A stretch of DNA of 62,407 nt, the filler included, from Clostridia bacterium (GTDB lineage: Bacteria; CBDUZB01; JAGLHV01), in assembly GCA_030637025.1 (NCBI GenBank). It is 7 parts of 5 records of this genome, joined end to end, with 100 filler letters (N's around TTAATTAATTAA, not from the genome) between each part and the next. Parts side by side here need not be neighbours in the genome. Positions count along the whole stretch, not along the records: positions 26,784 to 36,454 come from DAOVVV010000003.1; positions 36,555 to 53,969 come from DAOVVV010000003.1; 5 more parts are not named here. The stretch is one strand, 5' to 3'. The notes under the pieces are model-generated. The model saw only the letters and a list, made by a program, of their open reading frames with translations, was not told where the DNA came from and ran no database searches. Each line of letters opens with the position of its first letter. Position 1 is the first letter of the stretch. Below, piece by piece: positions 28,722 through 39,158 of this stretch. The position numbers and the translations under genes were made by a program.

Positions 28722-31160
28722 TTAATTATAACGCAGGGCTGGAATCTGCACCGCCTGCTTTTTTTTATAAACACCCAATATTTTTTTCTGTTCTTTACCG
28801 GAAGGTAAAATCACATCAATTATATTAGGATTTTTTTCTTCATAATATCCACCGCTAAAATTATCTTGCCCTATTTCCTTCTTTACTTTATTAACCTTCC
28901 AGGTTTTCTCTAAAGACTGATTATCGTAACTTAAAACCAAAGGAATGAAACCCCAATTTTTCGGATTTCCCCGTAAGAAACTTTTAGGAATATATGCATT
29001 TACTGTTTTTTCGTTAAAATTTATTTTTACTTTAACATCAGTAACTTCAACCGGTTTTAAATCTACTCCCGATTTGTAAATTTTCTGCGTTTTCCCGTTG
29101 ATAGTCACACAATATTCCCAGGCATCTTTAGGCATAGTATAAGCATTCCTTTGCGGCAGGAGAAAAGTACTGCCTGCTCTGACAATATTATTCAAGTCGA
29201 TATAAATATCAATTATAGGAAAACTCATCCCTAAAGGTAATTGCCAGGGGTTATCTAATCTATTTAATTTAACACTTAAAACAAAATATTTTTTCTCTTC
29301 TCTCACTGAAAATTCCTCCAGATCAAAAGAACCCATAACAAAACTTTCATCCAGAGGATAAACATAATCACCACAACCATTATCATCCTGCAAAAAATCG
29401 GAAACTTTTAAAATAATATTAGAATCCGCGGTAATTATCGTATCCGTTGAAGAAACAAGCAAATAATCAGGAACTTTCCTTTTTATATCTTTATAAATAC
29501 CTGCTAAGAGGTCGTTATAATTCTGCTCTATTCTGTTTAAATCATTTTTTTCCTCATCCTGTCCAAAAAAAGAAAACCATTTTGCTTTCTGGGCAACATA
29601 TAATTTCTCAAACGCTGCATTTAATTGATTAATTTTTGCTTCTCCGCTATTTTTATATTTTTCCATTACTTTTCGCACATAAAATAAATTATTCCATGCT
29701 CTATTTTGCTTTTCTTTTCCTACCCAGGTAGAAAACCCCCCTTTTACTGAGTCGCATTTTATTTTATCTAACTGTACTGAATAAGGATAATTAGCAAACC
29801 ACTCAGAATAAGTGGTGGAACTCAAATTGGGATATTCAGAAAATAATTCATCCAATTTAAAAATAAAATCACTATCTACTTCCAAAGTGAGCGATACTAT
29901 TTCCGGCTGACGCTGATATTTTTTAAACTTTTTCTTAATGAGGAATAATTCACTAATTAACTTTTTACTTGCTTTTTCCACCCCTTGCGAAAGATAAATT
30001 TCATTTATGCTTTTTGAAATTTTTCGGTGCAGAGGAAAAATGGTGATATCTTTTTCTTTTTCCAGAAAACAAGAATGATATAAATTTCCATCTTCCTGGG
30101 TTTTTTTCAAAATATCTTCTTCGACAAATATCCATTTTATACCGAAAGAACTAAAAAAAACAAATAACTCCTCAGCAATTGCCCCTTCCGGCAGCCATAA
30201 TCCTAAGGGATAAGAGCCAAAAGCTTTTTCATAAGTAGTTAATCCTTTGGCTAATTGACTTTGTACATCTTCCGGATAAGAAAAATTTCCGGAAGGATAT
30301 TCAATATCAGCATCGGAAACCCTGGCTAAATTAGCATCCAGAATCAACGGTAAAACAACCTGGTGATACGGCGTTGCCATTATTTCTATTTGTTTTTTTT
30401 CCTGCAATTTTTTAAACAAAGGAAGAACCTTGCCAACAATTTCCATTTGTTTTTCAAGAATGTTATTTTTTTCTTTTTCAGTAAAAGAATGGCTCCTTTT
30501 TTTTAAATATCCATAAAAATATTCTTCTTGCAGCTGAGGATCCATCCAGGACAAATTAAATAAAACTACAAGGTCCAAAAAATCCCGGTCTGTATAAAGG
30601 TCTTTGGGTAAAGATTTTAACTCCCGATAACGGCGATACAAACTCTTATTCACCTTTCTTGGAATATAAAAAAAATAATTCAGAATAAAATCCTTATCTT
30701 CCAGTGTTAAATCAGCAACTGATTTTTTACTTAAAAAAAAGTAAATATCTTCTTTTTCGCCGGAAATAAAATCATCTATTCCCTTTATTATACTCGAATC
30801 CAAATGAAAAATACAATGTAAAGCCTGCGAACAATTTTCCAGTTCCCTCCCCCATGGATACAAATATCTTATACTGTACAATCTTACCCAGGGATTAAGT
30901 TGCCCGACAGGAACGGTACTAAAATAATCAGGACATCTCTGATTTAAAACAATAAAAAGAGACAGTCCCGTCAAGCCGGAAACCTTTTCATCACCCGGTG
31001 GTTGAGAAAAAATTTCTTTTTCTTCTACAGGTAAAAACTCAACCTGTTTAGGTTTTTTCCCCATTGCATGGACAATGCTATTTATTCCTGTAAAAGAAAC
31101 TGTTATCAAAATAAAAAAAAGAAATAAACCTCTGCCCGTTTTAGAATTAATTACTTTCAT
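28722..31160 (-). CDS. Exported GH57-like protein with glucodextranase-like C-terminal domain (amylopullulanase-like, degenerate)
   Basis: FNLSWMDP, TPYHQVVLPLI, GLWLPEG; C-term DDNGCGDYVYP..FDL..IDIYID. Confidence 0.8.
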   Translation of the reverse strand: MKVINSKTGRGLFLFFILITVSFTGINSIVHAMGKKPKQVEFLPVEEKEIFSQPPGDEKVSGLTGLSLFIVLNQRCPDYFSTVPVGQLNPWVRLYSIRYLYPWGRELENCSQALHCIFHLDSSIIKGIDDFISGEKEDIYFFLSKKSVADLTLEDKDFILNYFFYIPRKVNKSLYRRYRELKSLPKDLYTDRDFLDLVVLFNLSWMDPQLQEEYFYGYLKKRSHSFTEKEKNNILEKQMEIVGKVLPLFKKLQEKKQIEIMATPYHQVVLPLILDANLARVSDADIEYPSGNFSYPEDVQSQLAKGLTTYEKAFGSYPLGLWLPEGAIAEELFVFFSSFGIKWIFVEEDILKKTQEDGNLYHSCFLEKEKDITIFPLHRKISKSINEIYLSQGVEKASKKLISELFLIKKKFKKYQRQPEIVSLTLEVDSDFIFKLDELFSEYPNLSSTTYSEWFANYPYSVQLDKIKCDSVKGGFSTWVGKEKQNRAWNNLFYVRKVMEKYKNSGEAKINQLNAAFEKLYVAQKAKWFSFFGQDEEKNDLNRIEQNYNDLLAGIYKDIKRKVPDYLLVSSTDTIITADSNIILKVSDFLQDDNGCGDYVYPLDESFVMGSFDLEEFSVREEKKYFVLSVKLNRLDNPWQLPLGMSFPIIDIYIDLNNIVRAGSTFLLPQRNAYTMPKDAWEYCVTINGKTQKIYKSGVDLKPVEVTDVKVKINFNEKTVNAYIPKSFLRGNPKNWGFIPLVLSYDNQSLEKTWKVNKVKKEIGQDNFSGGYYEEKNPNIIDVILPSGKEQKKILGVYKKKQAVQIPALRYN

Positions 31161-31197
31161 TATATTTGAATCCTTTCATTACTGTTCACCTTATCGG

Positions 31198-31866
31198 CTA
31201 ATTGTTTTTTTCTTCCAAACCCTTTATTCTGTTGTTTATTTCTACCAAATCAGCATCCATACTTTCAAAAACTCTATACCAATTTTCCATTTGTTTTTGA
31301 TTTGCATTTAACTCTTGTCTGAATTTATCAATGTTTTGTTTTAAAGAAACAAAGAGCTCCTTATTCTCCTTATTATCTTTATTATCTTTCTCTCCTATAC
31401 TTTTTTCCTGCACCTCAATATTGTTTATTTCTTCGTTCATGTCTTCAACTCTATTCTGTATGGTCTCCAGCTGCGTATTACTATCTTTTTGACTAACATC
31501 CATAGCCGCTATTTTTTTAATTAACAAATTGAGAGATTCTTTTGTTTTATCTTTTTCCCCCTCTTTTTTTTCGTCAAGATTCATTTTATCTTTGTTTCTT
31601 TCTTCCAATTCTTTCTGCAGGTCTATTGCTAAATTTTCTATTTGTTCTTTAAACTTTTTATTTTCTTTAACTAATTCAGGTATTTTTTTTAGTTCTGCTT
31701 TTAAATGTTTACCTAAAACAGCCTGTCCTTCACCAATACTTACCACATTATTTTCCTGCGCGATTTTTCTAAGCCAAATTAATAAAACAATGACAAAGGA
31801 AACTAAAATAAAAACCATAACACTAAAAGCCAATCCTTGATTTTCTATAAGTATTTTTTTTATCAC
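31198..31866 (-). CDS. Membrane-anchored coiled-coil protein
   Basis: N-terminal TM helix ending WLRK, E/K-rich heptads; AGGAGG RBS. Confidence 0.75.
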   Translation of the reverse strand: MIKKILIENQGLAFSVMVFILVSFVIVLLIWLRKIAQENNVVSIGEGQAVLGKHLKAELKKIPELVKENKKFKEQIENLAIDLQKELEERNKDKMNLDEKKEGEKDKTKESLNLLIKKIAAMDVSQKDSNTQLETIQNRVEDMNEEINNIEVQEKSIGEKDNKDNKENKELFVSLKQNIDKFRQELNANQKQMENWYRVFESMDADLVEINNRIKGLEEKNN

Positions 31867-31914
31867 TCTCTTCCCCCTCCTTAATCTTCACTCTATCCGG
31901 TTTACTTTAAAAGC

Positions 31915-32823
31915 TCATTCAAAGACAATCTCATCGATATAAATCACACCCTGTTTAATAAAACTTGATTCATAATCAAAAATAATTTTTAAACTGCCTT
32001 CCATTTCGTTCCATTTTTTTATACTTTTAAATACTTTTAAAGGAATAATTACTCTTCGCCAATCAGGAAATAAACCTCTTGGTAAAAAACTTTTGATAGA
32101 AATTTCACTTGCGATTTCCCCGTCAGCAATTCTTATTTTAAAAATTTCTCCTCCCAGAGAACCCTTAACCCAAAAAGATAAGTATTGATAATTACTTAAA
32201 TCCACACCTTTTAAATTGCTGGTGAAACCACTAACATTCCCTTGATTAGAAACATCGTAAGACAAACGTAAAGAATACTCTCCACTCTTATCGCCATGAC
32301 TATTGGGAATATTCATATCATAGTAAAGAGAATCTATACAAACACCCTTTCCTTCTCCAAAAGCCTCTGTCTTCCCTCCTAAATTATTCCTGGCGTCATT
32401 ATCATCAAAATTATCCAAAAATAAAATTACTTCCCCTTCTTTAACTACTACTTTTTTCTTTACCGGAGATATATCAACTATTTCTTCCTTAGATTCTATT
32501 TTTTCTTTGGGTTTCTCTTGTTTTTTTATTTTCTTTTCTTTTTCAGGTTTTATCTTTTTCTTGGATTTTTCTTCTTTTTTAACAATTTTTTCTTTAGTTA
32601 CAATCTCTTCTTTTTTTTCTTTTTTAACAGTTTTTTTAGAAATTTTTTCGACTTTCTTTTTAGTAATAATTTTTCTTTCTATTCGCGCACTGGTAATTTT
32701 TTTTAAAGATGGAATAATTTGCTTAAACAACTTTGTTATTCCATGCAAAAAGAAAATTCCGTTTACAAGTATAACTAATACAACTACCGACCAGATAATT
32801 ATTAAACCTATTTTTTCTTTCAT
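31915..32823 (-). CDS. Membrane-anchored protein with K/E linker and CBM11/CIA30-like domain
   Basis: LDNFD..NNLGG, SLRLSYDVS, LSFWVKG, WRRVIIPL, IYIDEI. Confidence 0.75.
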   Translation of the reverse strand: MKEKIGLIIIWSVVVLVILVNGIFFLHGITKLFKQIIPSLKKITSARIERKIITKKKVEKISKKTVKKEKKEEIVTKEKIVKKEEKSKKKIKPEKEKKIKKQEKPKEKIESKEEIVDISPVKKKVVVKEGEVILFLDNFDDNDARNNLGGKTEAFGEGKGVCIDSLYYDMNIPNSHGDKSGEYSLRLSYDVSNQGNVSGFTSNLKGVDLSNYQYLSFWVKGSLGGEIFKIRIADGEIASEISIKSFLPRGLFPDWRRVIIPLKVFKSIKKWNEMEGSLKIIFDYESSFIKQGVIYIDEIVFE

Positions 32824-32846
32824 TTATTATGTTTTCTTTTTAAATA

Positions 32847-33260
32847 TTATAAGATCCCGCCTTCTTGAACATAACGCTTTAATTTACCCTCTAAATCTCC
32901 TACTTTCTGACTTAATTCAGAAACTAAAAGCGTGTTCTCTTTAGGAAACGCATAATTATTCCCCTTTTTTTCTGTTTCTATAAATGCGGTTATTTTTTCT
33001 AACAACTTTATAATTTCCCGCCGTTCTTCTTCAACTGTTTTTTGAATATTAGTTAAATAATTATCATATTCCCAAAATTTACCGTTTAAATTTTCCACTG
33101 TTTTATTTATTTTTTCTAAATAATTTTCTATGCTTCCTATATTGTGTGTAGTCAAACTGGCAGCATTCCTTCTATTTGCCTTCCTTAACCAAACCCACAA
33201 AACAAGAGTACAAACAGCCAGGATAAAAACCATAATATGATAAAATATCTGCATATGCAT
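32847..33260 (-). CDS. Small membrane-anchored coiled-coil protein
   Basis: TM helix ending WLRK; AAGGAGG RBS. Confidence 0.72.
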   Translation of the reverse strand: MHMQIFYHIMVFILAVCTLVLWVWLRKANRRNAASLTTHNIGSIENYLEKINKTVENLNGKFWEYDNYLTNIQKTVEEERREIIKLLEKITAFIETEKKGNNYAFPKENTLLVSELSQKVGDLEGKLKRYVQEGGIL

Positions 33261-33296
33261 TTTCCTCCTTTTACTAAATATTTAATTCTTTTTAAA

Positions 33297-34202
33297 TCAT
33301 CCGTCCTTTTTTTTACTACCTTTTTTCTTTTCCGATACAAAACTTATCCGCTCAATAAAAACCGTATTTTTATAAGGAAGCCCTTCTGAATATTCAAAAG
33401 TAATAGTAAGATTTCCTTTCATTTTTCTCCAATTAATACCCTTAAAATAACGACTTAAAGGAATAAAAACTCTCTGCCATGAAGATTGATCGTTTCCTGA
33501 TAAAAACTTCCTAATGGAAAGCCGGTAATTATTTATACCGTCACTGAGCTCAATCTTAAACGATTCTTTCCCCTTCAACCCTTTAACCCAAAAAGACAAA
33601 TACTCATACGACTTTAAATCTATTCCTCCTAATCCACTCCAAAAACCGGAATATGACTTTTCAATAGATACATCATAATCCAATTTTAATGAATAACCCT
33701 GGGGAAAAAAGTCATCAGAGGAAAAAAAGCGGTCACATGCCCCTCCCCCTCCTGAAAATATTCCGCTATTTTCACCCAAACTATTTAAAAAACTTCTCTG
33801 ATCAAAATCATCCAGAATTAACTCTTTGAAAATAACAGGAATCTTTTCTTTCTTTATCATTGTTTTTTTTGTAATTTTCCTGTCTTTTTTATCATCGGAC
33901 ACCGAAATTTCTTTTTTCTTTGGCAGGTCCTTCTTTTCGCCAAGAAAATCATTAAAATCTATTCGCCCCTGTCTTCTATCTACCATTTTCTTTGCTTTTT
34001 CGCTTTCCCAATTAACAAAAGGCCTGCTTATTTTTTCCTCTTCAGGCAAAATTGTCTTTTCTCCGAAAAAAGCATCTTTAAAATTAAAGTTAAAAATACT
34101 CTTTCCAATAAACCAACAGGACATCATCATCACTGATAAAGTCAACACTAAAATAAAATATAAAATTCCTTTTCTTTCTTTCACGGAAAATCCTATTGCC
34201 AA
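33297..34202 (-). CDS. Membrane-anchored protein with CBM11/CIA30-like domain (paralog of 31915-32823)
   Basis: LDDFD..NSLG, SLKLDYDVS, YSGFWS, LSFWVKG, WQRVFIPL. Confidence 0.75.
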   Translation of the reverse strand: MAIGFSVKERKGILYFILVLTLSVMMMSCWFIGKSIFNFNFKDAFFGEKTILPEEEKISRPFVNWESEKAKKMVDRRQGRIDFNDFLGEKKDLPKKKEISVSDDKKDRKITKKTMIKKEKIPVIFKELILDDFDQRSFLNSLGENSGIFSGGGGACDRFFSSDDFFPQGYSLKLDYDVSIEKSYSGFWSGLGGIDLKSYEYLSFWVKGLKGKESFKIELSDGINNYRLSIRKFLSGNDQSSWQRVFIPLSRYFKGINWRKMKGNLTITFEYSEGLPYKNTVFIERISFVSEKKKGSKKKDG

Positions 34203-34278
34203 CTAAATTATATTTTTACTACCGGCATCTGTTATATTCGATTAATATATCGTATACCGCACTATAAATTCATAAAAA

Positions 34279-35808
34279 CTACTCTTTAGGTTTAACTATC
34301 CTGGGAAACAATGGTTCCCTTTCCTTTATTTCTATTTTATTTCCGGGTTTAATTCCTCCCCAGGCCATTGCCCCGAAAGAATCCTGATGCGTAATTCCTA
34401 ATTGTTTCTCCATTTTTTCACTTGTATAGGGTATAAAAGGAGCAACTGCTAAGGAAACTACGCGTAAAATCTCTATCAAGTTATACATAACGGTCTTTAG
34501 TCTTTCTTTATCTTCCTTGAACAATTTCCATGGTGCGGCACTATCAATATATTTATTAGCAAATTTAATTACCTCCCAAATATGAGAAAAAGCTGAATGA
34601 AATTCCAACTTTTCCAATGATGTCTCCAAATTAGAAGGAAGTTTCCGGATAATATCTATTAAATCATTATCTATTTCTTCTTTAGTTCCGGGTGCAGGAA
34701 TAATTCCGTCAAAATATTTCTCCAACATCACCAAAGTACGATTAAGCAGATTTCCCAAATCATTGGCTAAATCGGCATTATACCGATTGATAAAAGAAGT
34801 CCTGGAAAAATCCCCATCCAAACCAAAAGGGACTTCCCGCAAAAGAAAATAACGAAAAGCGTCTACTCCGAATTCATCTACTATCTGATGAGGATCTACC
34901 ACATTCCCTTTGGACTTGCTCATCTTTTCTCCCTCTACAGTCCACCATCCGTGTCCAAAAACTCTGCGAGGAATTTCCAGACCCAAAGCCATCAACATAG
35001 CCGGCCAGATAATCACATGAAATTTAAATATTTCTTTTCCTACCAGATGAATATCAGCAGGCCAAAATTTTTTAAACTTCTCTCCTTCTTTAAGATAATC
35101 AACGGCAGTAATATAATTTATTAACGCATCAAACCATACATATATAGTATGTTTAACATCAAAAGGTACCGGTATTCCCCATTTAGTACCCAGACGGCTG
35201 ACACTTAAATCTCTCAATCCGTTTTTTACAAAATTAATCATTTCTGTCCGGCGATAATCCGGCTGCATAAAATGAGGATTTTTATCAAAATAATCTAATA
35301 GGAGCCTTTCATATTTAGACAACTTAAAAAAATAACTTTCCTCTTCGACTTTTTCCGCTATCCTTCCACACTCCGGACATTTACCCTCTACTAATTGTCC
35401 TTCCAGGCAAAAAGTTTCACAAGGAACACAATACCAGCCTTCATATTTCCCTTTATAAATATCTCCTTTTTCATAAAGTTTATTAAAGATAGCCTGTACT
35501 GTATCTTTATGCCGCACCTGTGTAGTTTGAATAAAATCATCATAAGAAATATTTAATCTCTTCCATAGTTTTTTATCTTCGGAAACAATCCTATCTATCC
35601 ACACCTGAGGCTCTTCCCCTTTTAATCCGGCAGCTTGTTCTATTTTTTGTCCATGCTCATCTGTTCCGGTTAAGAAAAAAACTTCCTCTCCTTTTAATCT
35701 CCTAAAACGAGCCATTACATCTACGGCTACTGTACAATAGGCATGCCCAATATGTAGAACATCATTAACATAATATAACGGCGTAGTAATATAGAATCTT
35801 TTCTTCAT
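34279..35808 (-). CDS. metG: Methionine--tRNA ligase (short form)
   Basis: FYITTPLYY, HIGH, GTDEHG, YVWFDAL, KMSKS. Confidence 0.98.
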   Translation of the reverse strand: MKKRFYITTPLYYVNDVLHIGHAYCTVAVDVMARFRRLKGEEVFFLTGTDEHGQKIEQAAGLKGEEPQVWIDRIVSEDKKLWKRLNISYDDFIQTTQVRHKDTVQAIFNKLYEKGDIYKGKYEGWYCVPCETFCLEGQLVEGKCPECGRIAEKVEEESYFFKLSKYERLLLDYFDKNPHFMQPDYRRTEMINFVKNGLRDLSVSRLGTKWGIPVPFDVKHTIYVWFDALINYITAVDYLKEGEKFKKFWPADIHLVGKEIFKFHVIIWPAMLMALGLEIPRRVFGHGWWTVEGEKMSKSKGNVVDPHQIVDEFGVDAFRYFLLREVPFGLDGDFSRTSFINRYNADLANDLGNLLNRTLVMLEKYFDGIIPAPGTKEEIDNDLIDIIRKLPSNLETSLEKLEFHSAFSHIWEVIKFANKYIDSAAPWKLFKEDKERLKTVMYNLIEILRVVSLAVAPFIPYTSEKMEKQLGITHQDSFGAMAWGGIKPGNKIEIKEREPLFPRIVKPKE

Positions 35809-35844
35809 TTTACAATTGTCATCCTTTTTTTTAACCTTATCTTC

Positions 35845-36454
35845 TTATTTGTTTTTACTCAATTTCAATCTATTCAAAATACCGGCATGAATTTTATTAG
35901 CCGGAATTTTCTTAACAACACCTTTCCCGCAATCAATCGTAATTTCTTCGGTAAAAATATTTACCTCTTTTACAATGCCTTCTTCATTGTCGGTTTTTAC
36001 CTTTGATCCTACTTTCGGTAATTTTTTCTTTGCTTCTTTATAAGTTTTATACTCATAAGTCAAACAACACATTAACCTACCGCAAGCCCCTGATATTTTA
36101 TTGGGATTTAAAGATAAAGACTGTTCTTTAGCCATTTCAATACCTACCGGTTTAAAATCCTGGAGGAAACTCTTACAACAGAGTACTCTCCCGCAAGAAC
36201 CAAAACCACCTAACATTTTGGCTTCATCCCTTACTCCTATTTGAACCATTTGAATACGGCTTTTCAAAAGATAACCCAAATCTTTAATCAATTCCCGGAA
36301 ATCAATCCTTCCTTCTGCAGTATAATATACAAAAAGTTTATTTCGGTCAAAGGTATACTCCACACTAGTCAGCTTCATCTCCAACTCTCTATCATCAACC
36401 TTCTGTAAACAAATCTTAAATGCCTCTTTTTCTTTTCTTATGTTTTCTTCTATC
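35845..36454 (-). CDS. ricT: PSP1/RicT (YaaT) family protein (5' truncated)
   Basis: RIDFRELIKDL, GSCGRVLCC, KISGACGRLMCCL; frame open to the contig edge. Confidence 0.9.
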
Positions 36455-36554
36455 NNNNNNNNNNNNNNNNNNNNNNNNNNNNNNNNNNNNNNNNNNNNTT
36501 AATTAATTAANNNNNNNNNNNNNNNNNNNNNNNNNNNNNNNNNNNNNNNNNNNN
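36455..36554. other. Artificial contig spacer
   Basis: N44-TTAATTAATTAA-N44. Confidence 0.98.
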
Positions 36555-36577
36555 GTCTTATAAGTTTGGATTAAAAA

Positions 36578-37060
36578 TCAGTTAATTATTTTCTCAAAAG
36601 AAAGCGCTTCCTGCTTTCTTTTAAAATTATTTATTTTTTCAAATAATTCATCTACTGTTTCTACCTGAATCATTCCTTTTATCTTCCAGGAATTTAATCC
36701 AAAAACTCTTTTCTTGCAGGCAAGAGCTAACCCGATTTCTGAAAGTGTTCCATACGCACCGTCTATTGCTACCAGCAAGTCTGCTGTCTTTATAATAATT
36801 GCATTACGCGCATGATTCATTGCTGTTACTATGGGAATACTTATATACGGATTGACATGTTTTTCTTTATTCGTCCCCGGTAAAATTCCAATAGTAATCC
36901 CCCCTGCTTCTTTACATCCCTTACAAGCAGCTTCCATAACCCCACCCATTCCTCCACAAACCAAAAAATCTTCTCTTTCCGCAATTTTTCTTCCTACTTC
37001 ATAAGCAGTCCTACTAACGCCCGTAGAACAACTAGCTGCTCCGATTACCCCTATAATCAT
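36578..37060 (-). CDS. LOG/SLOG family protein (TIGR00725-like)
   Basis: CGGMGGVMEAACKG, ARN, GAYGTLSEIG. Confidence 0.9.
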   Translation of the reverse strand: MIIGVIGAASCSTGVSRTAYEVGRKIAEREDFLVCGGMGGVMEAACKGCKEAGGITIGILPGTNKEKHVNPYISIPIVTAMNHARNAIIIKTADLLVAIDGAYGTLSEIGLALACKKRVFGLNSWKIKGMIQVETVDELFEKINNFKRKQEALSFEKIIN

Positions 37061-37109
37061 ACTCTCTCCCCTTAAATTACATTTAAAACATTAAAAGAAC
37101 AACCTAAAT

Positions 37110-38090
37110 TCATATTAAATTATATTCTTTATAAAAATTAACCGCATTCAAAATACTTTGTTTTATTGAGGTTCCGGGAATCCACCCTAATTTTTCCCTG
37201 GCTTTTTGTGCTGAAAAAAATCTATTCTTAGCAGAAAACATAACAACCTGCGGAGTAAAAGTTTTATGATGTAAAATGTTTTCCGCAAAATAGGCCATAC
37301 CATAACTAACGGGTAATAAGGATTTTGGCACTGTTAACTTTATTCTCCTAGAGTTTAAAACCCCGGAAATTATATTCATTAATTCATAGTAAGATAAATT
37401 TTCATTGGCTAATATATATCTTTCGCCATTTTTACCTTTTTCTAAAGATAAAATATGCCCGCTAACAACATCTTCTACACTAACTACACTATTTCCGCCA
37501 AAAGGAGCAAAAGGGATTTTACCGTTTTTGATAGATTTTATCAAATTCCCCGTATTCATTTTAATATCACCGGCTCCAAAAAAAGTCGTCGGACTTATAA
37601 CTACTACTTCTAATTTATCTTTATAAGTAAAAGCTAGCTCTTCCGCTTGTTTTTTTATCCACATATACCCGATACTTTTATATTTTATATCAAATGGATT
37701 TTCTTCAGTAAGCAACTCATCTTCTTTAGAAATTCCAATTGCAGCCGTTGAACCGGTAATAATGACTTTCTTTATCTTGTTTCTTACGGCAGAATCCATT
37801 ACATTGCGTGTACCTTCTACATTAACCCGGAACAGTTTTTTATTATCCCATTTAGTATAAGATACCAATCCGGCTACATGAAAAACATAATCACAATCTT
37901 TCATTCCTCCGGATAAACTCTCAGTATCCTTTAAGTCACCTATTACCTTAGTAAATTTTAAATTTTCTAAAAAAGGATGGAATGATTTTTCTCTAAATAA
38001 AATATTTAAACAATGCCCGTCCTTAATTAAACGTTTAGCTAAATTTGAGCCTAAGTGACCCGTGGCTCCGGTAATAAATATTTTTGCCAT
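37110..38090 (-). CDS. NAD-dependent epimerase/dehydratase
   Basis: ITGATGHLG, FHVAG, YxxxK. Confidence 0.9.
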   Translation of the reverse strand: MAKIFITGATGHLGSNLAKRLIKDGHCLNILFREKSFHPFLENLKFTKVIGDLKDTESLSGGMKDCDYVFHVAGLVSYTKWDNKKLFRVNVEGTRNVMDSAVRNKIKKVIITGSTAAIGISKEDELLTEENPFDIKYKSIGYMWIKKQAEELAFTYKDKLEVVVISPTTFFGAGDIKMNTGNLIKSIKNGKIPFAPFGGNSVVSVEDVVSGHILSLEKGKNGERYILANENLSYYELMNIISGVLNSRRIKLTVPKSLLPVSYGMAYFAENILHHKTFTPQVVMFSAKNRFFSAQKAREKLGWIPGTSIKQSILNAVNFYKEYNLI

Positions 38091-38290
38091 ATAATTTTAT
38101 AATAAACCGTTTTGCTTTCCCCAAACAACAACTTCCGGAATTATTTCTTTATAATCAAAATGCTGTCAGGAAAAAAAGTCTCCCAATTTAAAAAATTTGC
38201 AAATAAGTGCAAATAAGGGGAATATAATTACCTGTTTGAACTCATTATTGCAAATAAATAATTATTATTAAATCAGTTCCCTTTTAACAT

Positions 38291-39019
38291 TTAATTTTTA
38301 ATATAGTTTCTAAACCGCAATTTCCAAACTAAAAAAAAGGCCTCTTTAATAATCCCTTTACCTAATTTTGATTCTCCGAACTTACGGTCATGAAAAATTA
38401 TGGGAATTTCTTCTATTTTAAGATCTTTTTCTTTTGTCTTCCGGTAAATATTATATTTCATTTCTATCTGAAAACCATATCCATTAGCACCTATTTTATC
38501 CAAATTCAATAATCTAAGCAATTCCACTTTATATCCATTAAATCCGCCGGTAGCATCTTTTATCTCAATCCCGGTAACCATCCGGGTATAAAGATTAGCC
38601 CATTTACTTAAAAACAAACGATGATAAGGCCAATTACATATTCCGCCGCCCGGTACATAACGCGAACCAACTACCAAATCATAACCCTGCTTAAATTTTG
38701 CTAAAAACCCTGACAAATATTGTGGATTATGAGAAAAATCCGCATCCATAGTAATAACAAATTTATAGTTTTGCTCTAATGCATATTTAAAACCCCTAAT
38801 ATAAGCCGTTCCCAAACCTTGTTTTCCGCTACGATGAATTACCGCTATTCTGGAATCATTTCCGGATAAATCGTCAACCAACCGGCCGGTACCATCGGGA
38901 GAATTATCGTCAATAATTAAAATATCAAGGGAATTTTCAATATGGAAAATTTTTTCAATCAAAGACGAAATATTTCCCTTTTCATTATAGGTGGGAATTA
39001 TAATTAAATATTTATTCAT
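38291..39019 (-). CDS. Polyprenol-monophosphomannose synthase-like GT2
   Basis: IIPTYNE, DDNSPDGT, GLGTAY, MDADFSH, GSRY. Confidence 0.92.
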   Translation of the reverse strand: MNKYLIIIPTYNEKGNISSLIEKIFHIENSLDILIIDDNSPDGTGRLVDDLSGNDSRIAVIHRSGKQGLGTAYIRGFKYALEQNYKFVITMDADFSHNPQYLSGFLAKFKQGYDLVVGSRYVPGGGICNWPYHRLFLSKWANLYTRMVTGIEIKDATGGFNGYKVELLRLLNLDKIGANGYGFQIEMKYNIYRKTKEKDLKIEEIPIIFHDRKFGESKLGKGIIKEAFFLVWKLRFRNYIKN

Positions 39020-39075
39020 ACTGTTTTTTTTCTTGTAATATTATTTTTAGTATAGCTGTGGATAATTAAACCCTG

Positions 39076-39149
39076 GCCCTTTCGACTCCCTACAAGGGAG
39101 TTTATGCTGAGCCCTTCGACTACGCTCAAGATAAACTCAGCGGAGTGTC
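39076..39149. repeat. Nested REP-like hairpin (TTCGACTACGCTC family)
   Basis: CCCT(T)TCGACT twice; GCTGAG..CTCAGC and ACTCC..GGAGT inverted pairs. Confidence 0.55.
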
Positions 39150-39158
39150 TCATTGAAT

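Noticed and set aside
32507-32944. Phe/Ser-rich antisense ORFs here and similar short shadow ORFs elsewhere (e.g. 1330-1545, 8995-9324, 17759-18166, 33826-34206)
   Set aside because: Reverse-strand shadows of well-supported genes.
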